Shown here one piece after another: positions 54,660 to 64,000 of a stretch of DNA of 64,000 nucleotides. The translations under genes and the position numbers were made by a program. The notes beneath the pieces are model-generated. The model saw only the letters and a list, made by a program, of their open reading frames with translations. It was not told the origin of the DNA and ran no database searches. Numbering within the stretch: the stretch's first letter is position 1; the number at the start of each line of letters is the position of its first letter. This DNA comes from Candidatus Eiseniibacteriota bacterium (GTDB lineage: Bacteria; Eisenbacteria; RBG-16-71-46), in the NCBI GenBank assembly GCA_963744995.1, contig CAVUWA010000003.1:1-64000 (forward strand), in the 5' to 3' direction.

Positions 54660-56270
54660 TCAGGGAACCATGGCGAAGCGCGCCGTACGTCGTCCGTCCG
54701 CGGTCTGGAGCCGGGCGAAGTAGACGCCCGGCGCTCTGCCGCGCAGCGCCTCGCCGAGCGGCAGCACGCTCGTGCCGCGCGGCAGCCGCCCATCGTGCAG
54801 CGTCGCCACGCGCCGGCCGCCGACGTCGAACAGATCCAGTCGTGCGGGTCCCCCGCTCGGCAGGTCGATCCGGAAGGCCGCGCCGAGCGGCGAGCCCGCG
54901 AGGAAGCGGAGCAGGAAACCCTCCGACGAATCGTCCGACGGCGCGGGCGCGGGGACCGGATTCGACACCGGCGCCACGTGGATGAGCGGCGCCGCGGCGG
55001 TCCGGTCCTTGAGCCGCACCAGCAGTTCCGGGCCGGGCTCGCCGTCGGCGGGGTCCGGATAGTCGTGCGCCGTCCATGTCAGGACGGTCGTATTCGAGGT
55101 CAGCGGAATCCGGTCGGGCAGGCCGACCTGGAACGGCGGCACCGGACTCATGGCGCCCGATGTGTCGACTTCGAAGACCTCGATCGATGGCGCCTGCCCG
55201 TACCAGCCGGTGGACTCGACGGTGAGCGAGGCCGTGTCCCCGGCGGCCACCGTGGACCGGCTCCAGGTCATGCCGATTACGTGAAACGCACTCGGTTGCA
55301 CCAGCTGGAAGGTGGTCGGCCCGGTCCACTGGATGCGCAGGACCTCGATGGCCGTCAGGCTCGCCGCGGCGAAATAGTCGACGAGACCGTCGCGCATGTG
55401 TTCCGAGGCGAACCATGGCGAGGTGTCGAAGCCGAGCATCGAACTGAGCGTGCCGCGATAGGTCCAGGAGGTGAGCGGACCGACGGGATCCGGCGAGGTC
55501 GCCCAGACGATCGGCTGCGACTTGTACGTGGTCCACATGAGGAAGTAGAGACCGCCATGCTCGAACATGTGCGCCGACTCGCTGAGCTGGCTGCCCGTCA
55601 CGACCTGGTTGGTCACCCACAGCCGGCCGCCGTCCGTCCACGGTCCGTCGAGCCCCGGACCGTGGGCGATCCCCTGGATCATCGAGGTCGAGTCCTCCGC
55701 GAGACTCGTGCTGTAGAACATCCACCACGCGCCGGGCGTCTGGGGGTCCTCGAGCAGAAACGGATCACGAAAGGCCGTGTAGCCGCTGAGCGGATCGCAG
55801 AACGTCCACGGCACGTCCTCGCAGGACATGACCGGCGCGTCGAGCCGGTTCCACGTCAGCAGGTCCGTGGACGTCGCGACGCCGATCCGCTGGTAGGTCG
55901 CGTAGATGCCGGGGGTTTTGGTGACGCCCGTGTAGAACATATAGAAGACGCCGTCGGACTCGACGATGTGCGGCGCCCAGACGTGCTGGTTGTCCCAGTT
56001 GTCCGCGCGCACCGGCAGTACCGGCGCGAGCTGGGTCCAGCTGATGAGGTTGCTCGACACCGCATGTCCCAGGTCGATCTCGGTGCTGTCGAGCGGCACG
56101 TCCAGCTTGTGGCGGATGTAATAGAGGTGATAGAGACCATCGTGCCGGATGAGGGTGAAGTCCTTGGCCCGATAGCCCTGCGGCGGCAGCATGAAGGACG
56201 CCCGCGCCGCACCCGGCCAGGCGGCAAGCAGCGCGAGGATGTGAACTGCCAGGAGCAGCCGCTTCAGCAC
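54660..56270 (-). CDS. Secreted GH32/GH43-like five-bladed beta-propeller hydrolase with C-terminal FlgD/T9SS-like domain
   Basis: KDF, GHAVS, WAPH, FRDPF, SES motifs; tail LDLFDVGGRRV...PGVYFARL. Confidence 0.75.
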   Translation of the reverse strand: MLKRLLLAVHILALLAAWPGAARASFMLPPQGYRAKDFTLIRHDGLYHLYYIRHKLDVPLDSTEIDLGHAVSSNLISWTQLAPVLPVRADNWDNQHVWAPHIVESDGVFYMFYTGVTKTPGIYATYQRIGVATSTDLLTWNRLDAPVMSCEDVPWTFCDPLSGYTAFRDPFLLEDPQTPGAWWMFYSTSLAEDSTSMIQGIAHGPGLDGPWTDGGRLWVTNQVVTGSQLSESAHMFEHGGLYFLMWTTYKSQPIVWATSPDPVGPLTSWTYRGTLSSMLGFDTSPWFASEHMRDGLVDYFAAASLTAIEVLRIQWTGPTTFQLVQPSAFHVIGMTWSRSTVAAGDTASLTVESTGWYGQAPSIEVFEVDTSGAMSPVPPFQVGLPDRIPLTSNTTVLTWTAHDYPDPADGEPGPELLVRLKDRTAAAPLIHVAPVSNPVPAPAPSDDSSEGFLLRFLAGSPLGAAFRIDLPSGGPARLDLFDVGGRRVATLHDGRLPRGTSVLPLGEALRGRAPGVYFARLQTADGRRTARFAMVP

Positions 56271-56401
56271 GTTGCAAGGCAAGAGGTTGGCGTCCAGGTC
56301 GAAGCAATAGGGAGAAGTGCGTCAGGCAGGTGCCGGACGGCCGACTGCGGCGATTATCCGGGCCGGCTTCCCGCCATGTCAACGCCCTCCGGGAGAACCC
56401 G

Positions 56402-58390
56402 TTGATCCAGTTGCACGGCATCCGCTATTCCATCGGTGAGCGCGTTCTGTTCGACGACGTCTCCTGGGTGCTTTCCCCTGGCGACCGTTACGCGCTCGTC
56501 GGACCCAACGGCGCCGGCAAGACCACGCTGCTCAGAATCATGCTCGGCGAGTACACGCCCGAGCAGGGCCAGCGTGTGCTCTCCAAGGGCACCCGTCTGG
56601 GCTATCTGCCGCAGGAGGCCGCCGAACGGTTCGACGGGACGGTGCTCGAGCGCGCCCTCGAAGCGCACCGCCACGTGCTCGAGATGCGCGAGGAGCTGGA
56701 CGAGCTGCACGCGGGTCTGCAGGGTATCTCCCCCGACGATCCGGAGCTCGAAGCGATGCTCGAGCGCACGGGCGAGCTGCAGCATCGCCTCGACCTGCAC
56801 GACGAGCACACCATCGAGCCCGAGGCGCGGCGCGTGCTCGCCGGACTCGGCTTCTCGAGGCACGACCAGGACCGTCCGCTCACCGAATTCTCCGGCGGCT
56901 GGCGCATGCGCGCGGCGCTCGCCGCGCTGCTGCTCACCGATCCGACGCTGCTGTTCCTCGACGAGCCCACCAACCACCTGGACCTGCCGGCGATGGAATG
57001 GCTCGAGGACTACCTCGACGACTTCGCGGGCGGGCTGGTTGTCGTCTCGCACGACCGCGTGTTCCTGGACCGCGTCGCGACCTCGGTGTGGGAGCTCGAC
57101 CATGCCGAGCTCAGCGAATACCCGATGCGGTTCACCGACTACCTGGAGGAACGCGAGCGGCGCCGCGAGCAGATGGCGGCGCAGAACGAACAGCTCGACA
57201 AGCGTATCGCGCAGCTGTCGCGGTTCGTCGAGCGCTTCGGCGCCAAGAACACCAAGGCGTCACAGGCGCAGAGCAAGCGCAAGATGATCGCGCGGCTCAA
57301 GGCCGACCGGGTGGTGATTCCACGCGCGGCGAAGCGGATCCGCTTCCAGTTCCCGAACCCGCCGCACGCCGGGCGCATTCTGCTGCGCATGCGCGACGTT
57401 GCGTTCGGCTACTCGGCGGAACGCCGCGTGTTCGAGCACGCGAACGTCGAGATCGAAAGGGGCGCGAAGGTGGCCATCGTCGGCGCCAACGGCGCCGGCA
57501 AGACGACCCTGCTGCGCGTGATCGCCGGGCAGCTCGCTGCGGCCGGGGGCGAGCGCCAGGACTATCCGCATACCCACATGGCGTTCTTCGCGCAGCACGC
57601 GGCCGAAACACTCGACGGCTCGGAGACCGTGCTCGGCGCGCTCGAAGCCGTGGCCCCCGCGGAGTGGCGGCCGCGGCTGCGCGGCCTGCTGGGGAACTTC
57701 CTGCTGCAGGGCGACGACGTGTTCAAGCGGGTGCGCGTGCTCTCGGGCGGCGAGCGGCAGCGCGTCGCGCTCGCGCGGATCCTGATGGAGCCCGCGAACC
57801 TCCTGCTGCTCGACGAGCCGACCCATCACCTGGACCTCGCCGGCAAGGAAGTGCTCGAGGACGCGCTCGAGCAGTATCCCGGCGCCATGCTGATCGTGAC
57901 CCATGACCGCTCGCTCATGGCGCGCGTGGCGACCCAGGTGCTCGAGGTGTACGAAGGGCGCGTCATCCTTCACCCCGGCGGCTACGACGACTACGAGCAC
58001 ACCCGCCTCGCGCGCCTCACCGTCACCGCGGCGGCCGAGGGGGCGCCGCGGCAGATGGCCGGGCATGCCGATCCGGCGGGCCGCACGGCGAAGAAGTCCG
58101 TGGCGACCCCGGTGCGACCGGCGCCGCCGCCGCCGGTCGACCACGCGAGCCGCAGGCGCGAACGCGCGGCGCGCCAGAAGCGCGAGAAGGAACAGAAGCG
58201 CATCGAAGCCGACATCGAGGCACGCGACGCGCGCATCCGCGAGCTGGAAGCGCTGCTCGCGGACCCGGACGTCTATCAGGACGGGGCGCGCGCGCGTGAG
58301 CTGGTCACCGAGTACGAACGGGTGCGCGACGAAGTCGAATCGTTGTGGCAGCGGCTCGCGGCACTCTCCGAGGCGGCCGGAGAAACGTAG
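56402..58390 (+). CDS. ABC-F family ATPase (Uup/YheS-like)
   Basis: Two ABC domains (GPNGAGKTT, FSGGWRMR, LDEPTNHLD; GANGAGKTT, LSGGE) and a C-terminal coiled coil. Confidence 0.93.
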   Translation: MIQLHGIRYSIGERVLFDDVSWVLSPGDRYALVGPNGAGKTTLLRIMLGEYTPEQGQRVLSKGTRLGYLPQEAAERFDGTVLERALEAHRHVLEMREELDELHAGLQGISPDDPELEAMLERTGELQHRLDLHDEHTIEPEARRVLAGLGFSRHDQDRPLTEFSGGWRMRAALAALLLTDPTLLFLDEPTNHLDLPAMEWLEDYLDDFAGGLVVVSHDRVFLDRVATSVWELDHAELSEYPMRFTDYLEERERRREQMAAQNEQLDKRIAQLSRFVERFGAKNTKASQAQSKRKMIARLKADRVVIPRAAKRIRFQFPNPPHAGRILLRMRDVAFGYSAERRVFEHANVEIERGAKVAIVGANGAGKTTLLRVIAGQLAAAGGERQDYPHTHMAFFAQHAAETLDGSETVLGALEAVAPAEWRPRLRGLLGNFLLQGDDVFKRVRVLSGGERQRVALARILMEPANLLLLDEPTHHLDLAGKEVLEDALEQYPGAMLIVTHDRSLMARVATQVLEVYEGRVILHPGGYDDYEHTRLARLTVTAAAEGAPRQMAGHADPAGRTAKKSVATPVRPAPPPPVDHASRRRERAARQKREKEQKRIEADIEARDARIRELEALLADPDVYQDGARARELVTEYERVRDEVESLWQRLAALSEAAGET

Positions 58391-58474
58391 GCGAACGCGG
58401 CGTGGCGTCACGCCGGGCGCGGCGTCACGCCGGGCGCGGCGGATGCATCCCTGGCGCCGTGATGCGCGTTGCGC

Positions 58475-59227
58475 TCATGGCGTCCCGGTCAGCCCCCAGC
58501 GCATCAGCACGCCGATCAGCACCGCCCATGCGATGCTCGCGAGGGAGCCCACGAGGTAGTACTCGGCGAGCGCACGATGCTCGGGATCGCGCGCCTCGGG
58601 CAGCCTGAGAATGGCTTTCGCGGCAATCACGAAGCCGACCAGCGCCTCGATGCGGAGCAGGATCGCGATCAGCACCAGGGCGCGCTCGAACACGCCGATC
58701 GTCCAGCCGGCACGCGCGAGCCCGGGCCGCGGTGCCTCGCCGTCGGGTGTGAGCGCATCGGCGAACGGTGTCACGATCCGGCCCACGACGACCGCCCCGG
58801 CCCACAGGGCGGCGATCACTCCGGCCACGAGAATCCATGCACGCGGGTCCGCCGTCCACGCGCCGGCCACGGCCAGCAGCCGCACCGACTCGTCCGGCCG
58901 GGCCAGCGCCACCGCACCGAGCAGCGTGAGCGCGTGCAGGCCCTGGTCGGTCACGAGCAGCTTCAGGTCGCGTCCGCCGCGGCGGCTCGTCCACGCGTCG
59001 ATCAGGCCGTGCGCGGCGAGCAGCAGGACCAGCGCCGCCGCGAGGCGCGGCGCCGGAGCTTCGCTGAGCGCCACGCCCAGCAGCAGCAGCCCGTGCAGGC
59101 CAAGATGCATCCCCAGCATGCGCACGCGGTGTTTCCCGAGCGCCACCCGCCGCGACTGGAACAGGTAATCGCCCGCGAGGTGGGCGGCCGCGAGCTTGAG
59201 CAGCAGCGGCACCGCTCCCGCGGTCAC
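58475..59227 (-). CDS. DUF3307-family membrane protein
   Basis: AHLAGDYLFQ, H..ID, DQGLH, IGVFER, EYYLVGSL. Confidence 0.8.
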   Translation of the reverse strand: MTAGAVPLLLKLAAAHLAGDYLFQSRRVALGKHRVRMLGMHLGLHGLLLLGVALSEAPAPRLAAALVLLLAAHGLIDAWTSRRGGRDLKLLVTDQGLHALTLLGAVALARPDESVRLLAVAGAWTADPRAWILVAGVIAALWAGAVVVGRIVTPFADALTPDGEAPRPGLARAGWTIGVFERALVLIAILLRIEALVGFVIAAKAILRLPEARDPEHRALAEYYLVGSLASIAWAVLIGVLMRWGLTGTP

Positions 59228-59931
59228 GCTCGCCCTCCCCGGGGCGAGTGCGCCGCTTCCACCGCCTGCGGGCGAGCGGCGTCGCACGCCTCCGACTCGA
59301 GCCTCGCGTACACCGCGGCCACTTCGTTCCACGACGCCGCACGCAACCGCTTGGACACCGACTGGAAGCTCACGCCGTGGGCGCGGGCGATGCCCTCGAG
59401 ACCCTTGTCCTCGATGCGGCCGACGATCGCCTCCCACTGCGGGCGGGTCCAGCGCGCCGTGAACGCGTCGGCCAGTGCCAGCATCGCGTCGGCGCGCGCG
59501 TCGAACTCCGCCGCTCCAGTGATCCAGGCGGTCAGGCGCGTGCCCCCCGCCTTCTTCGTGCGTTCGAGGGCGGCGCGCGCGCGGTGGAACGCCGGTCCGT
59601 CGGAGGCGAACGGACCCTTCGGGCTCATGCGCCCGATCGCACCGCTGCCGAGTCCGGCGCGCAGCGCCGGCGCGTGCTCGGTCGCGATCGCCAGCTGTCC
59701 GCGCAGGTACGTGAGGACCGTGATCGCCGGCGCCCCGGCGCGCAGCACCGCCTGCAGCTCGTCGCCGCGCAGGATCTGGGGCGCGAGCCGGAACGCGGCG
59801 TCGAAGCGATTTGCGGTGCGTTGCGCCGCGCGCTGCAGGGCGCGATCGACGGCGGCGCGTCGTGCGCCGGCCAGCGCGCGGGAGCCGCGCAGGTCGGCGA
59901 TGAGCACGACCCACTGGCGCTCGGAAGCCAT
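59224..59931 (-). CDS. SatD-family protein with C-terminal HTH
   Basis: VLIADLRGSR, RGDELQ, DGPAFHRAR, IARAHGVSFQSVSKRL. Confidence 0.8.
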   Translation of the reverse strand: MASERQWVVLIADLRGSRALAGARRAAVDRALQRAAQRTANRFDAAFRLAPQILRGDELQAVLRAGAPAITVLTYLRGQLAIATEHAPALRAGLGSGAIGRMSPKGPFASDGPAFHRARAALERTKKAGGTRLTAWITGAAEFDARADAMLALADAFTARWTRPQWEAIVGRIEDKGLEGIARAHGVSFQSVSKRLRAASWNEVAAVYARLESEACDAARPQAVEAAHSPRGGRA

Positions 59932-59955
59932 TCACCCTCCAATGGGCGAATTTAT

Positions 59956-60726
59956 CTATTCGCCCTCCTGGTGGTTAATATCGGCCGGCCGGTCGCCGGC
60001 GTCAAGCGGTTCGTCGCCGCGGTCCGGGGCCCCGCCCCTGCGCCGCAGCGCCGCGTAGATGCGGGCGTCGAGCGCGGCGCCGGTGAGGCCGGTATGGTCG
60101 GCGCCACCGCGCGGCTCGTCGGCGACCCGCAGATGTCCGGCGAGCGCGCCGTTGGTGAGCGAGCGGTCGCCCAGCGCCCACGCCATCGAGGGCAGGTCGA
60201 GCACGAAGTAGTGGAACAGCTCGCGCCAGCTGCGGCCGCTGCCGCGCAGCAGCTGGTCGAGGAAGGCGGTGTCGAACTGGCTGTTGAACGCCACCATCAG
60301 CACCGGGTGATCGCCACCCGCGCGACGGCGCCAGGCGAACAGCCGCTCGGTGGCGACTTCGGGCTGGACCGCACCGGTCTTTCGCCAGAGTGCGGGATCG
60401 AACCCGTTCACCGCCGCCGCGCCGGGCGAGGTCCGCTCCGGATGATGCGGCATGATCCGCACCCACAGGCTGTCGAGCGGCACGCCGTCGAGATCGGTGA
60501 GGACGACGCCCAGGTCGATCATCTCGTGCCAGCCGGGCACGAGGCCGGTGGTCTCGACGTCCACGAATGCGAGCCGCCAGTCGTCCGGTGCGGTGGCCGG
60601 CTCGGTCGCCGGCATCTGCACGCGATCGAGCACGCGCACGAAAGGTGGCGCCTGTTCGCCGCGGGCGCGGCCGAACGTCAGCGACAGGAGCAGCAGCGCA
60701 AGGATCGAGCTCGCGCGGGAGCGCAT
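59956..60726 (-). CDS. DEDD 3'-5' exonuclease-fold protein with N-terminal signal peptide
   Basis: FVDVETTG (ExoI), AFNSQFD (ExoII), HTGLTG (atypical ExoIII). Confidence 0.75.
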   Translation of the reverse strand: MRSRASSILALLLLSLTFGRARGEQAPPFVRVLDRVQMPATEPATAPDDWRLAFVDVETTGLVPGWHEMIDLGVVLTDLDGVPLDSLWVRIMPHHPERTSPGAAAVNGFDPALWRKTGAVQPEVATERLFAWRRRAGGDHPVLMVAFNSQFDTAFLDQLLRGSGRSWRELFHYFVLDLPSMAWALGDRSLTNGALAGHLRVADEPRGGADHTGLTGAALDARIYAALRRRGGAPDRGDEPLDAGDRPADINHQEGE

Positions 60727-60925
60727 GGGACCTCCATCGGTTCGCCGGCGTCCGCCGTGGACGCGACGGCCGCCGCAGTATGAAGCGCCCGCGGCCGGCG
60801 CTCAACGCCCGGCGTCCGGCATGGTTTCCGCGGCGGCACCGGGCGCCCCGCCCGGCGTCCCGGGCGCCGCGTGGCGGACGACCGCTTTTGACGGCTGCGT
60901 GATTCCGGACTACGTTCCCCCGCCT

Positions 60926-61549
60926 ATGGCAGACGTCACCCTGCGTTCCTACGTGTTCATCGACAGCCTGCAGGATCAGCTCGCCGCGTTCATCGGCACG
61001 ACCGCGCGCGGCTTTCTGCCGGTCGCCGGCGTCGCCTCGATGTTCATCGAGACCGCGCCCGGGCTCGTCATCAACCGCCTCATGGACGTCGCCCTCAAGG
61101 CGACTTCCGTGACGCCCGCCATCATGGTCGTCGAGCGCGCCTTCGGTCTGCTCGAGGTCCACCATGCCGACAAGGGCCAGGTGATGCTGGCCGGCCAGGC
61201 GGTGCTCAATCACCTCGACCACCGCGAGGAGGACCGCCTCAAGCCGCGCGTCGTGTCGGACCAGGTGATCCGCGCGATCGAGCCCTACCACGCGCAGCTC
61301 ATCAACAAGATGCGCTACGGCGACATGATCATCGCCGGCGAGTCGCTGTTCATTCTCGAGACCGAGCCCGCCGGCTACGTGTCGTTCGGCATCAACGAGG
61401 CGCTCAAGGCGGCGCACGTGAAGCTGATCGACGCCTCGCTGTTCGGCGCCTACGGGCGCGCCTACATCTCCGGCCCCGAGGCGCAGATCGACGCGGCGCG
61501 CGACGCCGCGCAGCGCGCGATCGGCGGGCTCAAGGGTGTGAGCGCCTAG
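60926..61549 (+). CDS. Bacterial microcompartment tandem-domain shell protein (BMC-T, CcmP/stacked-trimer type)
   Basis: [53 protein letters not shown]. Confidence 0.88.
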   Translation: MADVTLRSYVFIDSLQDQLAAFIGTTARGFLPVAGVASMFIETAPGLVINRLMDVALKATSVTPAIMVVERAFGLLEVHHADKGQVMLAGQAVLNHLDHREEDRLKPRVVSDQVIRAIEPYHAQLINKMRYGDMIIAGESLFILETEPAGYVSFGINEALKAAHVKLIDASLFGAYGRAYISGPEAQIDAARDAAQRAIGGLKGVSA

Positions 61550-61557
61550 CACCCGCC

Positions 61558-64000
61558 CTACCGAGGACGGGCAGTGCTCCCCCGCCCGAGGATCGGCTCG
61601 ACCGCGCTGCGCAGCTGTTCGTCGGGCGGCACGCCGAGCTCGCGTTCCAGACGCGCCTCGTAGTCGCGATACCGGCGCAGCGCGGCCAGCGTCCTGCCCT
61701 CCCGCGCCAGACACGCCAGCAGGACGCCAACGCCTTCCGACCAGTAGGGGTCCGCGTCCAGGCCGCGCTCGAGCAGCCGGATCGCAGCGCGCGGGTCGTC
61801 TTCCTCGAGCGACCGTGCCAGCGTCAGCGTGCCCTCGAGGAACAGTGCGCGCATCCGCTCGCGTGCCTCCATCGCATGCTCGGCGTAAGGCGCGTCCGCG
61901 AGCAGCTCGCCGCGCCACAGCGCGAGCCCGCGCCGCAACGCCTCCATGCGGCCCGCGCCGCGCTCCGTCCCGGCCGCCCTGCCCAGGCCGTCGCCCACGG
62001 CCTCGCGGAACCGGTGGAGATCGACCTCGCTTCCGGACGGCAGGTGCAGCACGTAGTGCTCGTCTTCGAACGTGACGTACGAGCGGTGGCCCTCGCCGTG
62101 GAACGGATCGAGCGACTTGCGCAGTTCGTTGACCGCCGTCTGCAGGCTGCGCGCCGCCTTGCGCGGCGCGGCTTCGGGCCAGATCGCCGCGAGCAGCTTC
62201 TCCTCGTGGACGGGACGCGGCCAGTCGATGAGGAGCGACTCGAACACGGCGCGTGACGCCTTGCGCGTGAAGCGCACGCTGCGCTCCGACGCTTCGACCT
62301 CGAGCGGTCCCAGCATGCGCACCCGGAGCGGCGCGAGGGGCGCCGACTCGATGGCTTCGAGGTAGGCCGCGCACTGCGCCTCCGGAATCCGCTGCAGACC
62401 GCGCATCGCCTCCGTCAGGCCGCGCAGGCGCCAGCCGGTCGCCGCCTGGACCAGGCGCGCCACCTCCTCGGCGGGCCGGTCGCTCTGGCCCAGCGCGTCG
62501 CGGATCGCTTCGGCGAGCTCGGTCGCGATCCCGCCGCGCACCAGCGCTGCCGCCTGCGCCGGTTCGACGCCGGCGGCCAGCGCTTCGGTCACCGCCCACG
62601 CGGTGAGCACCGGATCGGCCATCGGATAGCTGGCCGCGCCGATCGCGGCGAGCCGTGCGAGCCCCTCGCGCAACGCTGCACGCGAGGCGCCTCGATCCAC
62701 CGCACGCAGCGCCCACGCTTCGGTCAGCCAGGCGGTCGCCTGCCACGCGGGCATGTCGTGCGCCAGCTCACGGGCGGCCGCGAGCCCGGAGCACGCCTCG
62801 TCGGTCCGCCCGCGCATGGCTTCCGCGCGGCCGCGGTGAATCAGGAATCGCACGTGCGGCTCGCACACCGGGTGGTCGGCGAAGTCGGCGGCGCTGACAC
62901 GCCCGGCGGGCTCGCCTTCGCTCACGAGTGTCCAGTGGTCGATCAGCACCCCGGTGCCGAGCGCCTCGAACCGGTTGTAGTCCTGCATGTCGCGGAAGGC
63001 CCGCTCGAGCTCGGCGAGCCCGGCGCGACGCCGTCCGAGGTGCCACCAGCACTCGCCGCGCGTGCGGGCCAGGTTCGCCTGCAGCACCAGCCGTGCGGCG
63101 CCCCCGCGCCGGGCTGCTTCGAGGCAGGCGTCGACCGTCGCCAGCGCGTCGGCATAGCGGCCGAGCTCCTTGAGGACGTAGGCCTTCCCCACCATGTTGA
63201 GCGTGAGGTAACCCGTCTCGTCGGCGCGCGCACACGCCTCGATGTTCTCCTCGTGCACTGCGAGCGCCTCGCGCGAGCGGCCCAATTCCTGAAGGATCAC
63301 CGCCACCGCGTTGCGGGCGCCGGCATGCCGCGGCCCTTCGCCGGGCGGAAGCGCGGCGAGCACCGCCTGCACGTGGGCCATGCCGGCTTCGAGCTGGAGG
63401 GCGTAAACGGCGGCATTCGCCAGGCTGAATTCGGCGAGCACGACGTCGGCCGGTGCGGCATGGGGACGCAGGCGAGCCCACTCGGCGGCACGCACCGCAT
63501 AGTCGGGCCCCTCGGCCCGATGCGTCGCGGCCCACGTCTCCAGTGCCCACATCGGTGGGGCCAGCGTGACGTCACCGGACCAGACTGGCCGGGTCCGCGC
63601 CAGCAGGTCCGCGAGACGGCGGTTGTCGCCGACGAAGCGCAGGTGGCGCGCGAGCACCACGACGTACAGGGGATGCCGTTCCGCCTCCGGTCCCAGCCGC
63701 TTCAGCCAGTCTTCGATGCGCGGTTGCAGGTCCAGGTGCTCGAGCGCGTCCCAGTCCTCGTGGAGCATGCGCAGCGCGCGCTCATCCAGACCCAGGTCGG
63801 CCAGCAGCTGGACGGCCGCCTCGTAGCGTCCCTGGCGGCGGAAGTGCTCCGCGGCCCGAGCGGCGAGACGGTCCGCCTCGCCCGCACGCGTGCGCAACTC
63901 CCCCAGACAGCGTGCACGGATCAGCGGATGCATGCGCACGCCGGAACCCTCCTCGACCGCGAGGTGCGGCACGCCGTGCGCCGCGAGAAGCTCGAGCCGC
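61558..64000 (-). CDS. MalT-like/TPR transcriptional regulator with C-terminal BTAD region; N-terminus beyond the right edge
   Basis: RMHPLIR, TPR-like helices, LRVRMLGPLEV, IWPE, LWRGELL, LERELGVPP. Confidence 0.8.
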   Translation of the reverse strand, partial: RLELLAAHGVPHLAVEEGSGVRMHPLIRARCLGELRTRAGEADRLAARAAEHFRRQGRYEAAVQLLADLGLDERALRMLHEDWDALEHLDLQPRIEDWLKRLGPEAERHPLYVVVLARHLRFVGDNRRLADLLARTRPVWSGDVTLAPPMWALETWAATHRAEGPDYAVRAAEWARLRPHAAPADVVLAEFSLANAAVYALQLEAGMAHVQAVLAALPPGEGPRHAGARNAVAVILQELGRSREALAVHEENIEACARADETGYLTLNMVGKAYVLKELGRYADALATVDACLEAARRGGAARLVLQANLARTRGECWWHLGRRRAGLAELERAFRDMQDYNRFEALGTGVLIDHWTLVSEGEPAGRVSAADFADHPVCEPHVRFLIHRGRAEAMRGRTDEACSGLAAARELAHDMPAWQATAWLTEAWALRAVDRGASRAALREGLARLAAIGAASYPMADPVLTAWAVTEALAAGVEPAQAAALVRGGIATELAEAIRDALGQSDRPAEEVARLVQAATGWRLRGLTEAMRGLQRIPEAQCAAYLEAIESAPLAPLRVRMLGPLEVEASERSVRFTRKASRAVFESLLIDWPRPVHEEKLLAAIWPEAAPRKAARSLQTAVNELRKSLDPFHGEGHRSYVTFEDEHYVLHLPSGSEVDLHRFREAVGDGLGRAAGTERGAGRMEALRRGLALWRGELLADAPYAEHAMEARERMRALFLEGTLTLARSLEEDDPRAAIRLLERGLDADPYWSEGVGVLLACLAREGRTLAALRRYRDYEARLERELGVPPDEQLRSAVEPILGRGSTARPR

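Noticed and set aside
58400..58441. Tandem GGCGTCACGCCGGGCGC duplication between convergent genes
   Set aside because: Only two copies of a GC-rich palindromic unit; at most a REP-like or terminator element.

Overview
High-GC bacterial window with two parts; a C-terminal FlgD/T9SS-like tail on one secreted protein hints tentatively at an FCB-group candidate phylum such as Eisenbacteria. (1) Bases 1-~13.3 kb are the right end of an integrase-flanked island, less GC-rich by eye. It carries a Dpd 7-deazaguanine DNA-modification locus: dpdE, a DpdC-like gene, dpdB-dpdA-dpdB', folE2, queD, queE and queC. It also holds a small McrA-head-like gene inside the que operon, an Xis/MerR-like HTH gene, a separate HNH + DGQHR gene pair and a tyrosine integrase abutting the 3' end of an HI0933/BaiN-family gene. 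Nearly every island cargo gene is broken by indels, probably read errors, so those coordinates are reconstructions. (2) The rest is core-like: iorAB-type molybdoenzyme, MFS and ABC efflux, a two-component pair, fpg/prx/sodC, a glucosylglycerate synthesis and uptake cluster, MBOAT/SGNH, csp, FKBP, aminopeptidase, ABC-F, satD-DUF3307, an orphan BMC-T shell gene and a BTAD regulator. The best hidden signal is a probable secreted triple-YHS selenoprotein at 31210-31803 (-), with an in-frame UGA in a C-U-x-x-C motif followed by a SECIS-like hairpin, which the ORF track splits in two. A 33-aa K/R-rich microprotein (51356-51457) is also missed by the track. All family calls are from motif recognition; no database searches were run.
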